Below, in pieces: positions 42,001-57,000 of a DNA stretch of 64,000 nt (position 1 is the stretch's first letter; each line of letters opens with the position of its first letter). Under the pieces are notes generated by a model. That model was given only the letters and a program-made list of their open reading frames with translations, did no database searches and was not told where the DNA came from. The DNA comes from Candidatus Omnitrophota bacterium (lineage in GTDB: Bacteria > Omnitrophota > Gorgyraeia > Zapsychrales > Zapsychraceae). Location of the stretch: NCBI GenBank assembly GCA_029261055.1, contig JAJDCA010000075.1:77573-141572 (forward strand), given 5' to 3'. Both the position numbers and the translations under genes were made by a program.

Positions 42001-45000
42001 TGGATGACTCCCGTGCCCCACCATGGAAAATTTTTATTATCCGCATTATTGGTCCGGCGGTTAATCTTTTGGTCGGTTTCACCGGATTCTTCCTTTTTGA
42101 CATTCCTTTATTTGACTTTACTTATGTTACATTTATAAGCACAGACACTTTCTGGTGGGTGTTTACTTTAACGAATTTTTTATTGTTTGTTTTTGATATG
42201 ATTTCTTCCAGCATTCTCAAACGCGGGGATGTGCATGAAGCTGTTGAGGGTTTGTCAAAGGGGTGGGATAAGGCCGTTAATAGGGGATTTTATAATATAA
42301 ATGCTAAAAAGTATTCTGTGGATGAAGATCCATTAATGCGCGAGGCAATGGAATCTGTTTTTGGGCAGGCTGTTCCTCAGGAGGTTATAAATCAATATGC
42401 AAATGAATTGCGTGTTCTTGATGTGGGGACGGGCAGGGGCCCTCTTCCTGAATTTGCCGCGACTGCAGGAGCTAAAATTATTGTCGGGATAGATCATTCG
42501 ATTCATATGCTTAAAGAGGCAGAACACAGATTTAATAATATAAAAACTTCAGCCAATATCCGTTTCATCAAAGGGGATGTGGAATATCTTGAGGATAGAT
42601 TAAAGGAATCCAAAATTACAGAACCATTTCATGTAACCACCATGTTTAATGTCCTGCCCGATTTAAAGAGAAAAGAAAATAAGTCTGTATTTGACGAGGT
42701 TTTTAAAGTGATGCTTGATGGAGGTTATTTCATTCTGGGTCAGAATATACAGCTTAATAAATTTGAGGATGAAAATAAGTGGAATATTAAAATTTTGCGA
42801 TGGAATATGAGGGGTTATCAAAAATTATTAGAAGAGACCGGTTTTGTTTTTGATAAAGTTTATGAAATTAAAAAAGTAACTTCAGATTTATTTATTTATG
42901 TTTTATCCGTCAGGAAACAGGATAAAAATTCTTCACAACAGGGATTGGACCCTGCCGGCATTAAGGCACTTGTTCCTCTATTGGTTACAATTGGAATTTT
43001 GATGGTTTTGGGAGGCGTCGTTGAAGCTGGAGAGGTAGAGGGTAATGAATTTTTATTCAATCAGGCAAGCATGGTGTGGACCACCATGAAGACACTTGCG
43101 GTCAGTGTGTGGAGTTTGGTGGGGTCTGTCGTGGGATTTGGGATTTTCTTTGGCATGGCTATTGTTCTAATTTTTTCTAAACAAAACTCTCCCGATAAGA
43201 CGAAGATTTCTAAAAATGAAAGAGAACAAACGACAGGTAATCAAAAAAGCTTGCTTCGTGAGTATTTCAATATTGTTTTAGAACAATTAGGGGAGAAGCT
43301 AGAGAAGATTGTCATTAAACTCGAAGACCGTGCAGGAAAACAGGTAGTAGAGTTTAAAGATGAAACTACGCTGCTCTTTGATAGTGACTTGGCCAGCCGG
43401 GCGCCGCCGTTGGATTCTTCTGATGCCGCATCCTTTCAAACACTTCTACGTGATATCCTTCGTCAAGAATTAGTTAGACATCGTGTGCATGGGGCCAGTG
43501 AATCAATGGCCGTTCGAGTAAGTCTTGATTATTTTAACCAATCAAGAAATAAACAAGAATTAGTTATTCTTCTTTCATCTTTCCAAAAATATTCCATTAA
43601 TGTGGATCAGCAGTATTTTGTTTTATTAAGAAATTTATTACCTCAAGAAATAGAAAAAAAGAAAACTGTTTTAACAGAGAAAGTGATAGCAGAAGCAGAT
43701 TATGCCAGTATTGAAGCCTTGGCAGCCTTAGAGCTTTCCGAAGCTGTTTTAGCAAATCAAGAATCAGATAAACAAGTCCTTGTTGCTGCCAATCTTTCAT
43801 ACGGTGGATTGGTAGTAGATATTATCGGACGTGATTTAGGCAATAATGACATAGATGTCGTTCGGACCAAGGTTGGCTCTTCAGAAAGTGAAAATAATCC
43901 ACATATATTTAAACCGCAGTTATTTGATGTTAAGACTTTGAAAAATTTGGTAACAGAGCAACCACACATAATTGTTTTGGATGGTACGTTTAATCCATTT
44001 GAGATTAGAAAGCAGGGGAGGCGGTCATTCGTAGGAGGCCGTTACTCAGATGCTTACCAGGGGTACAGAAATTTTGTATTGGCATTTAATTTAGCCCTTG
44101 CGAATGTCCAGAAAGAAACAAAAAGAGATGATCTGTTCTACCGTATTGGCAAGTTGAATGGATTTTTGAAGTCATTATATTCAAGTCATTATGGAGAAAA
44201 ATTTCTAGATTTTGTTCAATACCTTGAGTCTATTATGCGGGAAGTTGGTGATCAAGATTTACAATATTATTCTTTTGGATTCTGGAATCCTAACGGGTTA
44301 AATACAGTGTTTCGTGAATATAAGCAGCTGCAATTCAGAGCAAACGTGATATCTCCGGACAGTATCATTAAGCCAACGGTTATTTTTGCTAATGTTACGA
44401 TGCTTGACCAGGTTATTCCTCGCTCCCTTCATGAAGAGCATCATCCGCATAAACATGCGCCGGGATTCTTTGATTTAGTAGATTCGAAAGGTTTTATTAG
44501 AGAATATGATTGGCAGAGGGTTTCTTATCCGTTTTCTAAATTGGTAGGTGTTAGCCCTCAAGAAGATATTGAAAAAAATCAATTACTCATGAATTTAATA
44601 CATTCAAGATATCCTGAATTAAAGCGTAAATATTATCGGCCGGAATTGAAGGATGGTGAAAGTCAAAATCAAAAGCGAGGTACTTCAAACCTTAAGACAA
44701 TTCTTTCGCTATTGTTCACAATTGGAATTTTGATGGTTTTTGGAAGAGTCGTTGAAGCAGGAGAGGTGGAGAGTAATGAATTTTTATTCAATCAGGTAAG
44801 CATGGCGTGGACAACTCTGAAGACGTTTGTGGACATTCCTTTTGAGACAGGGGTGGCATTGATGGGGGCCATAGTTTTTAGGGGGCAACCTAAAGGTCGA
44901 CCAGTGCTCAAAACGCTTGTTCAGAATGGATTTTATTTGAGTGATGCCGAAGTAATCGTCAAAGAGCAGCAACTTTTTGCAAAGCGTGCCAAGATAGGAT

Positions 45001-48000
45001 TATCCGAACAGGATATTAAAAATATACATCGAGAGACTTACTGGAACACGCTTAATAATCATTTGAAATATACTGTGGCAGGAAAACGTGTTTTGAAAGT
45101 AATGATGATCAGCATACTTGTGGTTACAGGTTTATCCGTAGTGTTTCTGAATGGGCCATTAACAGAAATTTTGCAAGCGTTGATATTAGATTTTTTTGGC
45201 AGCGTAATGATTTTTACGGTTTTAGTAATGGGATTATTTTTGATTAAGACAGAAAAAATTTTAAATTTTATGGGTTTGCATCAGCCCTATTACAACAGAA
45301 TATTCCTATTCAATCAAAAGGAGATTAGTGAAAAATTTAGAAATATTCCTGATTTAAGCAAAAAAGCATGGCTTAAGTTAGTAGGCGCAAAAATATATTT
45401 TCAGGGTCTTATTGTCCATGAGACGGGACATCTGTTTTTTCCGCAAGCTTCTGAAGAAGTTCTTATTTCAATGAAGATCCTTCGTATTATGGAATTAGAT
45501 CAAAGTAAAATGACTCAATATGCATTTTTCTTATCCGCGGTTGATGGGGGCTCAATTGAAAGTTTTAAATTAGCACAACATGCTTGGCGCATAGGCGAAC
45601 GTACCGGTGATCATGAAAATGCCTGGGACTATTTAGTGCTGCTTGCTGAAGGAAAGACAAAAGAGGCTGAAGCAATGGCAAGAGGTAATGAGAATAGGGG
45701 CAATGATGATTCTATTCAGGTTAAGGTTTTTATTCCTTTGCCTTTGAGGCGTTATGTTGATGGTCAGAGTGTGGTTGAAGTAGAAGGGAGAGGGGCGAGA
45801 GAGGTGACGCTTAAGCAGGTCATGGAACGATTGTTTCGGGAGTACCCTGCATTAAAATTATATTTTGAAAGAAATATAGACGCAAGCATGACGAAGAAGG
45901 TAACAGAAAAAGCACAACAGATATTTTTCTTTGTCGATGGGAAAGACACTCCGGTGATTTTCAATCAGGAAGCATGGTCAAAGATTTTGGTTGAAAAAGA
46001 AATTCGCCTTGTGCCACACATGCATGGAGGGGTACTGAATAAAGAAGAGCGTATATTGCAAATTAAGGAGCTATTTGAGAAACGTGGGTACACGGCCAAA
46101 GAAGCGCAGCTCATTATTGACGTGCAGCAATTTTTGATCCCACATATCCGATCTTTTATTCCGAAGGATCTAGGAAAAAATGTTGGTATTATATGGATGA
46201 TTTATCCGCATACAGAAAGAAATCTTTTGCTGCATTCTTTGTATTTTGGATATGTGTTGATGGGGTGGATAACCCTATTTTTAGTGTTTTTGGGATTTGG
46301 ATTTATAAATCCAGAGGTTCTTTTATGGAAGGTCGCAGCTGGTCTGACATTGATACCTTTGGGCAGTTGGTACGATTCTTTGAAATACAATTTAAGAAAA
46401 CCTGGACATATTGGTTTCTTCAAAAAGGTTATTTTTCTCCCTCCAACAGGTTCCATCGATGCTCCGAATATTGTCCGTACGATGGTTCAGTCTCTTGTAC
46501 GTTATCAAGTAAGGGGCTTTTACCGTTATGGAGAAAATCTCGAATATGTCTTTGAGGCTATGGGCGCTTTACATTACATGGAATTGCACGGTTCTTTCAA
46601 GGGATCGTCTTTTAGCTCAAAGGCGAATGCTTTAGCCAGAGAGGCTCTAGAGGTCGGTAAAGAAGCTGGAGAAACCAAGAAGGCATGGACTTTTCTTGGC
46701 ATGATGGGTAATGGATCTAGAGAAGAAGTTGCTAGAGGGAAGGTTTTGGGGTTAAGTGAAGAGGAAATAAAAAAGACAAGCGCTTTTCGAAAGTTTTTCA
46801 GTTTCCGCGGCGCCTTGATGGCGGGATTGGGGTGGCTGGGTTTTGTTGTTTTATTTGGCAATGAGATTATGGAAAAAGGATTTATATTTGGAGGTTGGAG
46901 TGCGATACCAGCCAGTCTACTTCTTATGACGGGAGTCATCGGTTTTGTGACTCAATTCTCTTTAGCCTGGCGTATTCAGCGGGGTGTGAGGAGGCTTAAG
47001 GCATTGTTTAAGAGCGGCGAGATGGACTTGCCACCGCCGAGTACTGAAGATATTAAGTCTTTGGCTTTATCCATTATCGATCGAGCCAGGAAGACATCAA
47101 GAGGAGCATCTGTTGATATTAGATTTTATGAAACGTTAAGATCGTCTTTTAACGACATTCCTGAGGAACACTTAAATAAACCTGCCTGGATGGAAACGCA
47201 TTATGTTGACTCCCGGGACGATCGTGATAATGATCAACATTCCATTCGTATTCTTCATGTCAATATTCCATTACTAGATGCCATGAGTTCAGACCCGGAC
47301 GTCTTGCGGCGTATTCTTAAATCCATTTATAGTCACGAATTTTCCCATCTACGCGGCAAGGGAGAAGTTTATGCCTTCATAATTCAGAGCTTGAAGGCCT
47401 GGAGGATCTTTATTGGAGCTTTACCTAAAGCGATACTTCGGTTGTTACGCAGGATGGGCTTGGCAAGCCATTTAAGAAAGGTGACCCGACGCCTGATGTT
47501 TGTTTTACGTGCGCGCGCTGGGATATTTAAGACGATACTTTTATTTACCCTGGCGGCAAATTTTGTTTTGATGCGCTGGGCAAATGCTTTTAGTGACCAA
47601 GATGTTGCAGCCATAGGTTCAAATATTTTTAGTAGCGAGAATAGTGTAGGGATTTTAGGATTTTTGAGTGTGTGGTATCTGTGGAACACTGTTTCAAAAA
47701 GACGTTCTAAAAATAAAAGCCGACCTTTTGTTTTGAGAAATAAGATTTTATTCTTTCTTTATCGACGATTTAGAGTGATGTCAGCCAAGAGAGAATTTAA
47801 GAAAACGGTGCAAAAACTTAGAAGTAATTTAAAAAAAGGTATCCAAATTGATGTCATGGAAGGAACACAGGAATATAGTCAGGGATTGGTACAAGCTATT
47901 ATGACTTTTCTTAAGAGAAGAGGCGTTAGACAAGATGTGTCGGTTGTTTTATTAGGTTCTCTTGCAAGGGATATGACGCATGAGAGTAGCGATGCGGATA

Positions 48001-51000
48001 TAGTTCTTATTACAGATTCTTCATCTGCAGCTTGGGTTGAAAAAAGACTTTCTGGGTATTTTGGCTTGCGGGCGGCGTTAAGGAGCGTTTCTCATGAATT
48101 TGATACAATCATCGCAGGGAAGTTGATTTTTACGACGGAAGAATTTAAGGATCATATTGAAAATTTATCACAAAATATAATCCATTTTAGTGACAAAGAC
48201 AATTTTAAAGTTATAGTTAGTTCTCTACTATCTGCCCAACCTCATTTTTTCGCAAAAAAATCCCACAAAGATGCGATAGAAAATAGTTTGAAGAAATTAG
48301 CCGGAAATTTAGGGTTAATGTCGGCAATGAATATCTATGTACAAGAAGAATTAATAGAAAGTCGGAAAGTTTTTGATCAGAGCAACGCGTTGGATACTGA
48401 ATTAATTTTTTCTAATTTAAAACAGGCCCGTTTAGGTCAAAAAATTATTCATTCTCTAATTGCCTTGCTTCAATTTAGTGTGTTTCAGGAAACACGAGGA
48501 GCAGGTTGGCCTATATTTATGGCCGAGCAAGAAAATACAAAAGAAGCATGGCGGGCGTATCTTAATGCATTGGTAAGCAGACAAAATGTGTTTAAGAAGG
48601 AGGATGTTAATAAAATATTTGAGGGGTACGAAGCGTTTTTAAGTGCTTATAGGCCTCAAGGTATTAATAAAGATACGCTCATTAAGATTATGGAGGATTT
48701 ACGTCTTTTAGCTTTACAGAAAATGGAGGCTATTGAAAGTATGGCCGTTTTTGTTTATTTGCAGGGTCCTATTAAAAAGCATTTCAGGTCTAGTTTAGGG
48801 CTCGAGATAGGGCCAGTCACTATCAAACTCAAAGTTTTTGGATTTACCTTGGAGGAAGTTCTACATACATTAGAAATAAAGAATTATTTTGCAACTATTA
48901 AAAATGGGCAAATAGATGAAAATTTAACAATTTACATAAACAATGAAGAAGTGTCATTTCAGAATTGGAAGCACCAAAAAGTGCCATCCGGTGCGCAGAT
49001 AAAGATTGTTTCACATGCGCAAAATTATCATGAGGAAAGGAAGAAATCACAGAAATCTTTTAAGATTCTTGGGTTGATTTTGATGGCGGCTGCAGGGGTA
49101 ACAGCATTGTTTGCCGTATTCCCTCTGACGGGATGGACGAGCAGTATTCTTCCCGGGCTTGTGCAGGGTGCCGAAGGTAACATGGTTTGGTTCGGATTTG
49201 ACAAGGGTTTAGCGGGGATCGTTTTTGGGGCGGGATTGTTTGCGATAATGGGTTTCACTAGTGGCGCGTGGAATTTGCGTTCAAGTCAGGTGAACCCGGG
49301 TAAAAATAAGTTATTAGGTCCCGAGGCTTTTGGTCCCATTCAGCGGACGCGGTTGAGTTCTAAAAACGGAGAGCATTTTAGGAATGTTGTCGGCCGTGCG
49401 GTTATGGATAGTTCCGGTGCACTGCGTCCTGTGAAGGAAACTAAGGATGATTATCAGATAGCCTCGCGGCTTTCGGCAGTGACGGGAAGATTAGCTTTGG
49501 AAGTCTGTCAAGAGTGTGACTGGAGCGGGGTTATTGTTCAAGTTGTTCGCGATAGTGACCGGCTGGCGCGTTTTACGGAGAATAATGTAGGGGTAATGAC
49601 CATAGATGAGGATATCCTTACGATGATAGAAAAGGGACGCCCGGGGGCGTTAGAAACATTTGAACTCGGATACAAACACGAGCTTTATCACACGCATGTT
49701 TACAAAAATCGATTGGAGTTTAATCGTGTTTCGTGGATAGGTCAAGAAGAGCGTCTTGTGGAAGAGCTTTTTGTGACCGTGTTATACCTCAAAGATTTTC
49801 TTGCCTACAGCTCTGATACAAGAGAAGGCATTCTTAATCTTTTATCCGCGACAGATAATCCTTACGATCCTTTTCAATTCGGTAGGAATATCCTTCAGCC
49901 GATGCATGAAGGCGTCATTGAAAAGGGTCATTTACATAATGGTCAAGCTTTTCAGGAGACTTTAGTCGAGGTTTTACCGAAAGTTATCGCCTATATTACG
50001 GATACCGATTTTTATAATTATCCGGGTATTGATAGTGCTCGAAAAATTTTACGGGAAATACATCCTGATAATTTTAGAAAATATATACATGGATTAGATT
50101 TAAATTTACCTCCGGGCTTCATCGGGCGTTTTATTTATGCCGTAAAACGTATTCACGGGGTAGGCCGGTTTATTTTGGAAGACGGGGAAATGTATGAAGT
50201 TATGGTGGCGCCCTATTCTATAAATTATTCGAGAAATAGAGAAAATGAAAAGCGTAAAGAAAACGGCATGGTTAGTGTTTTTGTAGAGAATATAAGCGTT
50301 GGGCGTTCAAGTCCGAATGGTTTTAATGCGGATGATGGTACAGGTGTGGATCCTGTATTTGCTGGAAGTATGGATATGGCGACTATTGGACTTAATCTAT
50401 GGTTGGCACGTTTATTATTAGTTAAGGATTATATAAAATTGACTGCAAGTTCGGTAGAAATTATTACCCATCTTAGGGCGCCTAAATTGGACAGGCATGC
50501 TTTTTATTTGGTTGAGGATGGTTATCATGGGCATACATCAAACGCAAAATTAGATTTTGAGGCAAGGGCCAAAAACTTTAGGAAGCTTGGCTTAGCGCAA
50601 GTTATTCTTGAGGTGCTTTTGTCATATATCGCTCCAGGGGGTACAGTCACGCTGAGCATTATACATCCTGTTATTTTACGACAAATAAAAGAAGAAGATA
50701 TTCCTTGGGAAGACACAAAATTTGGAAAATTGTTTGCCAGCGTTGGTCTACTTAGAAGCGAAACGGGCGCATATATTGATCTAAATAAATTAGAACTTAT
50801 CAAACATACTAAAATCAGCACCCCACCGCGTGTCAATATCCAGTGGATTAATAAGGGCAATGTTTTTGGTTCGTATGCACCTACATTTAAACCACCCATT
50901 TTTTCATCCTTTCGTATCCACCTTACGCAGACCTGGAAATGGCTGAAGAATCGCCATCTCCCACCAGCCAATTTATTTTATTATTTAAGTCTGGTAATCT

Positions 51001-54000
51001 TAGCCCCGTGGGCCGCACGGTTAGGAAAGAAGACGTATGCCACAATTACAGCGTGGATTGGTTTGGGTGGGCTTACTATCGAAATTCCAGCATTGGTTTA
51101 CGCGGCATTGTTTTTCGGGCCGCTGGGAATGTTGGCTGTCATCGCAGCTCTGGCTGTGGGCGAAATCCTTTTAGAGCTTCTTGCGCTATGGCTGCTACCC
51201 GCGCGGGCACGAGGGGATATTGCCCGGCATACTTTCAAATCTATTGTACGTACCTTCAGCCGGAAGATGCGTGTCCTCTTGCCCTACGTAGGTCTGGCTA
51301 TCCTGTGGTTTGTCATTCCCTCAATCAGTTTTACCTTAGCCATTTTTATTCCCAGCTTTCTTATTCCCATTCTTTTTACCGTCTTCTTTCATGGCATTTA
51401 TGATATGAATTATTTCCAAAAGGTCTTGGAGATAGGAATTGATTGGGATAGAAAAAAGTATTCTTCTGTCGGCGGCGGGCGAAGGTTTGATGATGTCGAG
51501 AAACTTTTTAGTAGGGCTACGCAGCATGACCCCGACGCCCTGGGCCAGTTGGTTGCGTATCAGAAGAATTTTCCTGAGTTATTCTGGAGGCAGGTTGATT
51601 ATTTTTGGTATGACCGGAGCAACATCAATCATCTTCTTAAATTAGGTCAGGCCTCTGTTGATAGTTCTTTGAAGTCTAGAGAAATTCCTATTCCTAAGGT
51701 GATCAAGGATATTCCTCATTTAGATTTTTCCAGGGCAACCCCAGAGGATTTATTAAATCAAAAAGAGTATGAAGAGGTAAGAGAATTAAATTCAAGTCCA
51801 CAGGCAATAGTCTCAGCGATAAGGAATGTTTACAGACCACAGGATATAAACTTTAGTCTTTCTGAAACATTAGTACGCCGAGTTGATATCCATCAAGATG
51901 ATTTGATTCAAAAGGATTTTGAAGCAACCATTAAGAAGAAGCTCGGTAAAGATCAGGAAATTAATATTTATCAAATCGGTCTTGGAACCGAATATTTTGA
52001 AACTTCAAGTATTTTCACCGTATTAGAAAACGCATTTGACGCAAACAAGGTGTCTCCCAAAGATCAAAAAAAATGGACCATTAATTTTATTGGGATTGAT
52101 TTTGATTCAGAAGTTATTGAGAATTTTTGGCCAAGAGTTGTCGTGGAAAGCCCCTTTAACACCAATCTTAAGATTGGTCAGGGGGATACCCTTTATGAAG
52201 AGGCCATGCAAGAATTAAGCAAGTGGTATAAAGCTGATTATATTTTTCACCGGCATGTTTCTTATGCGAATCATTTGATCAGCCAGGGTAGTCTTTATTA
52301 TCCGGAAAATTATGAAGAAGTAGTAGATGAAAATGAGTTAAGCGCAATGATTAATGTTTATGCATCGACACGAAATATATTAAAACATTTAGCTAAGCCA
52401 GGGACACATTATATTATTGAACCCGCTCAAAACGGACCATTCCCTTTTGTGTTTTATATCCCGGGAACCGAAATTATTACAGTGAATAAACTCGAAGGAA
52501 ACAGAAAATATGATGATGAGCATGATATTAACAATATTGGGACAGGCATTCATGAGGTACTTGATCCTGAGAAGGTGGCCGAGGAGGGTATTAAATATTT
52601 ACTACAGTACAATGCGCATAAGAATAATTTTCAGGGCAACTTAGCGTACGTGTTGGGAAAAGAAGGTCTGGACCCATCTTCGTGGTTTTATTATTTCACC
52701 CGGTTTATTTTGGCAGTATTGATAAAGTTTAATGTGATGAAATCTGCCAAAGTAAAGTTGGGTAAAAAAATCAGCACGTGGGTCGGCCTCGGCGGGCTTG
52801 TGGTCGAGATTCCGGCGCTTATTTACGCGGCGCTAACCTTTGGCCCTCTGGGAATGCTGGCAGTCATCGCTACCCTGTCTGCAGGCGAAATATTCCTGGA
52901 ACTTCTCACCCTTTGGCTGTTACCCTCCCGGGCACGAGGAGATGTTGCGCGTTATGATGGATATTTCATTCTGCAGCTGTTTGGCAGAAAGATGATGGTT
53001 CTTTCACCTTACGTATTCCTCTCTTTATTGTGGATTCTTGCAACGCCCACCGGAGTTACGCTCTTCTTGCCCGTCCCCATCTTTATTCATGCAACATATG
53101 ATTATTATCAATTGCGAGATAGTTCCTCCGTAGGGACAGGTCGTAGCCTATCTTTACATCTGAAAAATATTCTCAAGATAGCAGGAGAGTATGTGACGAG
53201 GATTGTATCAAAAGTCCGAGCGCTCGGACTTTTGGTCAATGAAACTTTGGCCAAAGGGGCAGTCCTATCAGCCGGTTTGTGGTTAGTAGCCCCAGGGACT
53301 GTGCTGGCAGGCGGCATTACCGGTGGGGGGCTTGGAATTATTGAGCTGATTTCAGGGCAACTTCTGGAGATTTTAGTGAGTATAGTAGGGACGTTTACAA
53401 TAATATTTATTGTAAATACACTTTATAAAAAACGTGTTCGTGCAATCAGTAAAGATATGAAGGCGGAGATTTACGCGTCTTATAGTGTAAAGGCTGATGG
53501 GGATGAAGGGGCATCCGGAAATAATAATTACGATGAAAATCCAGGGTTTCAAAAAGCGGTTAAATCTATTTTTGGCCGCGCTGTTTCTACCAATTTTCTA
53601 AAAAAATACGAACATAAACTAAATGTTCTTGATTTATTAACAGGCCGAGGAGTTGTCCCATTTTTTGCTGTCAAGGCAGGAGCTAAGTCTATTGTAGGTG
53701 TAGATCATTCAAACCAGAATCTTGAATTGGCAAAGGCATATTTGGTAAAGGTTACTCACTTGGCAAAGGTACGTCTTATTGAAGATGACGTGAAGCATTT
53801 TTTGAGTGAATTTGAAAAGGATAGGCCCAGCATGGGGGCATTTCATATTGTCACCATGGTCAATGCTGTACATAGATTTGATGCAGAGTCTTTAAAATTT
53901 ATTTTTTCACAATCATTAAAAGTGCTGGAAGCGGGAGGACGATTGGTTTTATTGACACACGTTAAGCATTTAAGCCTCGATAGGGCAGGTTCATGGAAAT

Positions 54001-57000
54001 CATCGGATATCAAAGCCTATCAGAAGTTTTTAAAGAAAAGTGGTTTTATTCACGTTAACGCTTATCCAGCTGGGGAAATAAAGGGTAAAGTAAGAGTTTT
54101 TAATAAAAGTCATGAAGAAGAATTAAGAGATGCGCGTTGGACTATTGTTGTTATTGCAGCCGAAAAACCTGAGAATGATGCCTCCAAATCTTCGCGAGGC
54201 GCCCCCAGGAAGCTTCCCCAGATTTTCTACAAATTTTTCTTAAAACATTTTGTGAATGTAATAGTTCCTTTCCTCCTTTTTGTTCTCATCTATATGATCA
54301 GCGGGATAGAGTCTGTTTGGGCGGAAGGGGTGGTTGATAACATGGGCCTTATGCATTTAGGGCAAGCCGAAGTTAGCTCGCTGGGCTTTTTAAATCCGTT
54401 GGGAGATTTAGTATGGTTAGTGCCCATGGTGTTTATGGGAGGGATTAATGTTCAAAATAATCCGGAGGAGAATTCAACGAATGTGCGTAACGTCGTCCTT
54501 GATGAAGAGTTTATACAGGAAGCGGAACATGTGAAAAATCATTTATTAAAAGTTATAGGGGATGCCTTTAATATTGAAGATAACAAGGATTCCCCTCAAG
54601 CCCTTGCGCAAATTGCTGAAGCCTTTGCGCAGGCAGGTTTTATGACCCAAGCTTTCGACTTGGCCATGGAGGTTATCAAAGAAACAGAAACTATTATTCC
54701 ATCTCCGAAACAATTTAACGCCCGTGTTAAAGCCGCCGCTGTCCTTTGGAATATTGGTTATCATAATGAAGCTAAACAAGCCCTTAAAATTATAAATAGC
54801 GAAAACGGATCACATATAGGCAAAATTAATAATCTTTCAATATCATTGGCTCCTGAATTTATTCTACAGCAGCGGGGGCTGGTTGCACATGAGGAGAGTC
54901 AAAAAATTCGTAAGAATATTAAAGAAAATGTTTTTTATGGGTATAAGGAAAATCCTGACAGGAAAATTTCTGATCTTACGGTGTTAGCCTCTGCATTAAT
55001 TTCGGGAGAGTATCCTGAGGAAGGAAATTCGGTCCTTGATGATGCGAAAATAATCGTACAGGAAGGGATTAAAAAAAGTGCGGTTTGGGAATGGATTGAG
55101 GCCATCTCTGATTTGGCTGTTGTGTTTGCGCGTGCCGGTCGCGTACCTGAGGCCTATGAGATCATCGTAGGGGCACAGGGTACACCACTGCGTCAAGACA
55201 CAAGCGACACGCATAGGCATTCTGAGGCCCTAATTTCACTTGCCTGGGCTTTAATTCAGACTGGGCATAGAGAAGAGGGGCATACATTGATGGATAAGAT
55301 ACGTGTGAATATTGACACCGATAATTCTAAACTTAATATGCGGATTTTGGCGCGTATCGAATTGGCCATAGTGTTTGCCTTGGAGGGTAAAATTTTAGAG
55401 GCGAATGAGTTATTAGATCAGGTACGGCATGAAACCAGGACAATTTTAGATGAGAAGGATGCATTACGATCCTTGATTGTTAGTAAAACGATGTCAGCGC
55501 AGTCCGTGATTTTTCATGAGGCGTTGATGGCAGTAGCACCTTCTGTACGTACGCAAGTGATGAGTGTTTGGCCTTCTATCCAGGGCAAAGTTTCAATTAC
55601 GTTAGCGATAATTGGTGTAAAAGGACTTCTGAGTGAGGCTCCGGTGATGGAAGAGGTGAGTCCTGACGTATGGAAAAGGGTATGGAATAATTTGGAATAT
55701 ATTGACGTTTATCCATCACAAGGGGTACTGCCCACAGAGACAAACAGGATTTTGTTTTATATTATAAAATTGCTTAAGCGACCCGTTAGAGAAAAAGGCG
55801 ATTGGGCATTCTTAGAGACTCCGCCGTTATGGTTTAACACTATGCTTAAAACCCAATCTTCTCAAGGTCTGCCGTCATGGTTGACAAAGATTTGGCCGCG
55901 TTTTTCTTTCAAAGACAGACTTAGTTTTGGTTTGCTTATCATCACAGCAAAGATTCAGCATCTTCCTATAGAATGGCTGCGAGAGATGCCGCGGGATCAG
56001 CGTAAATACGTCTATTTTCAAGGAATGTTGAGCTTTTGGTGGGGCCAGGAATTCGGCCCATATCAAAAGGTGATGAAATCTCTTTTGAATCAGATTCCTC
56101 CTTCATCAAACTATGAAGAGCGTGTTCAATTTATTCATGCTTCCGTCATGTTGATGCGTTTGCTGGTGAGGGTCATGCCGACATTTAGGAGGCTGAGACG
56201 AACTGATTTTCTCGATGATTTGGTTAGCTCTTTATCCAAACCATCTGCAGTCCCTCTACTGGAGAGGATTCGACAAGTAGAGCAGGACATTAATAAATAT
56301 CTATTTAATAAAGTAGAAGATCTTTTGCATATTACTCTGGATAAAAATTATCCTTTGGATATTCTTCCCGACATCGATCTTTGGAGGGCTGTTTTTAATT
56401 ATGATTTGCAAAATGAGCCCCGTTTGCGTGATTTGTTCGGGCAATACGTATTGACATGGCAGCGCACCAGTGATTCAAAGCAGGCGAGCGTGGCGGCCTG
56501 GGAGTGGTTACAGTCTTCGTTAGAAAAGGAGACTGGAGAAAAAGTGAGTTTTGCTCATGATAGCGCGCCTGCACCTATGTCTTTTATGGGTAGTCCTAAA
56601 GTAAACCGAGCGCAAGCAGCTCAGGATGCTGTCGCCCAGCAGTATAAGGAGGCGCATTCTTTAGTGCAGCAATTGATTCAGAAATTACCGGGAGCAACCG
56701 TTACAGACGCTTTGAGTCAATTGTTAACACAATGGGGTGAACCCGGTACCCCATCTGAGGAAATAGTGAATCAACTAAGAAATTTATTAGGTCAGATTAA
56801 GATAACAAAAGATTTAGAAGTATACATAAAAACAATACGTAAGCATCTTCAGAAAGTCAAATCAATTGCCGGTGAAATTAATTATTTTGATGGGTCTCAG
56901 AATGTTCTCATTGGGGTTAGCATGGATCCGGTAGAGCGTTTGCATCTCGGATATCCTTCCCTTGGAGGCTCATGCCTGGATTGTATGACAGGAGGCGCAA

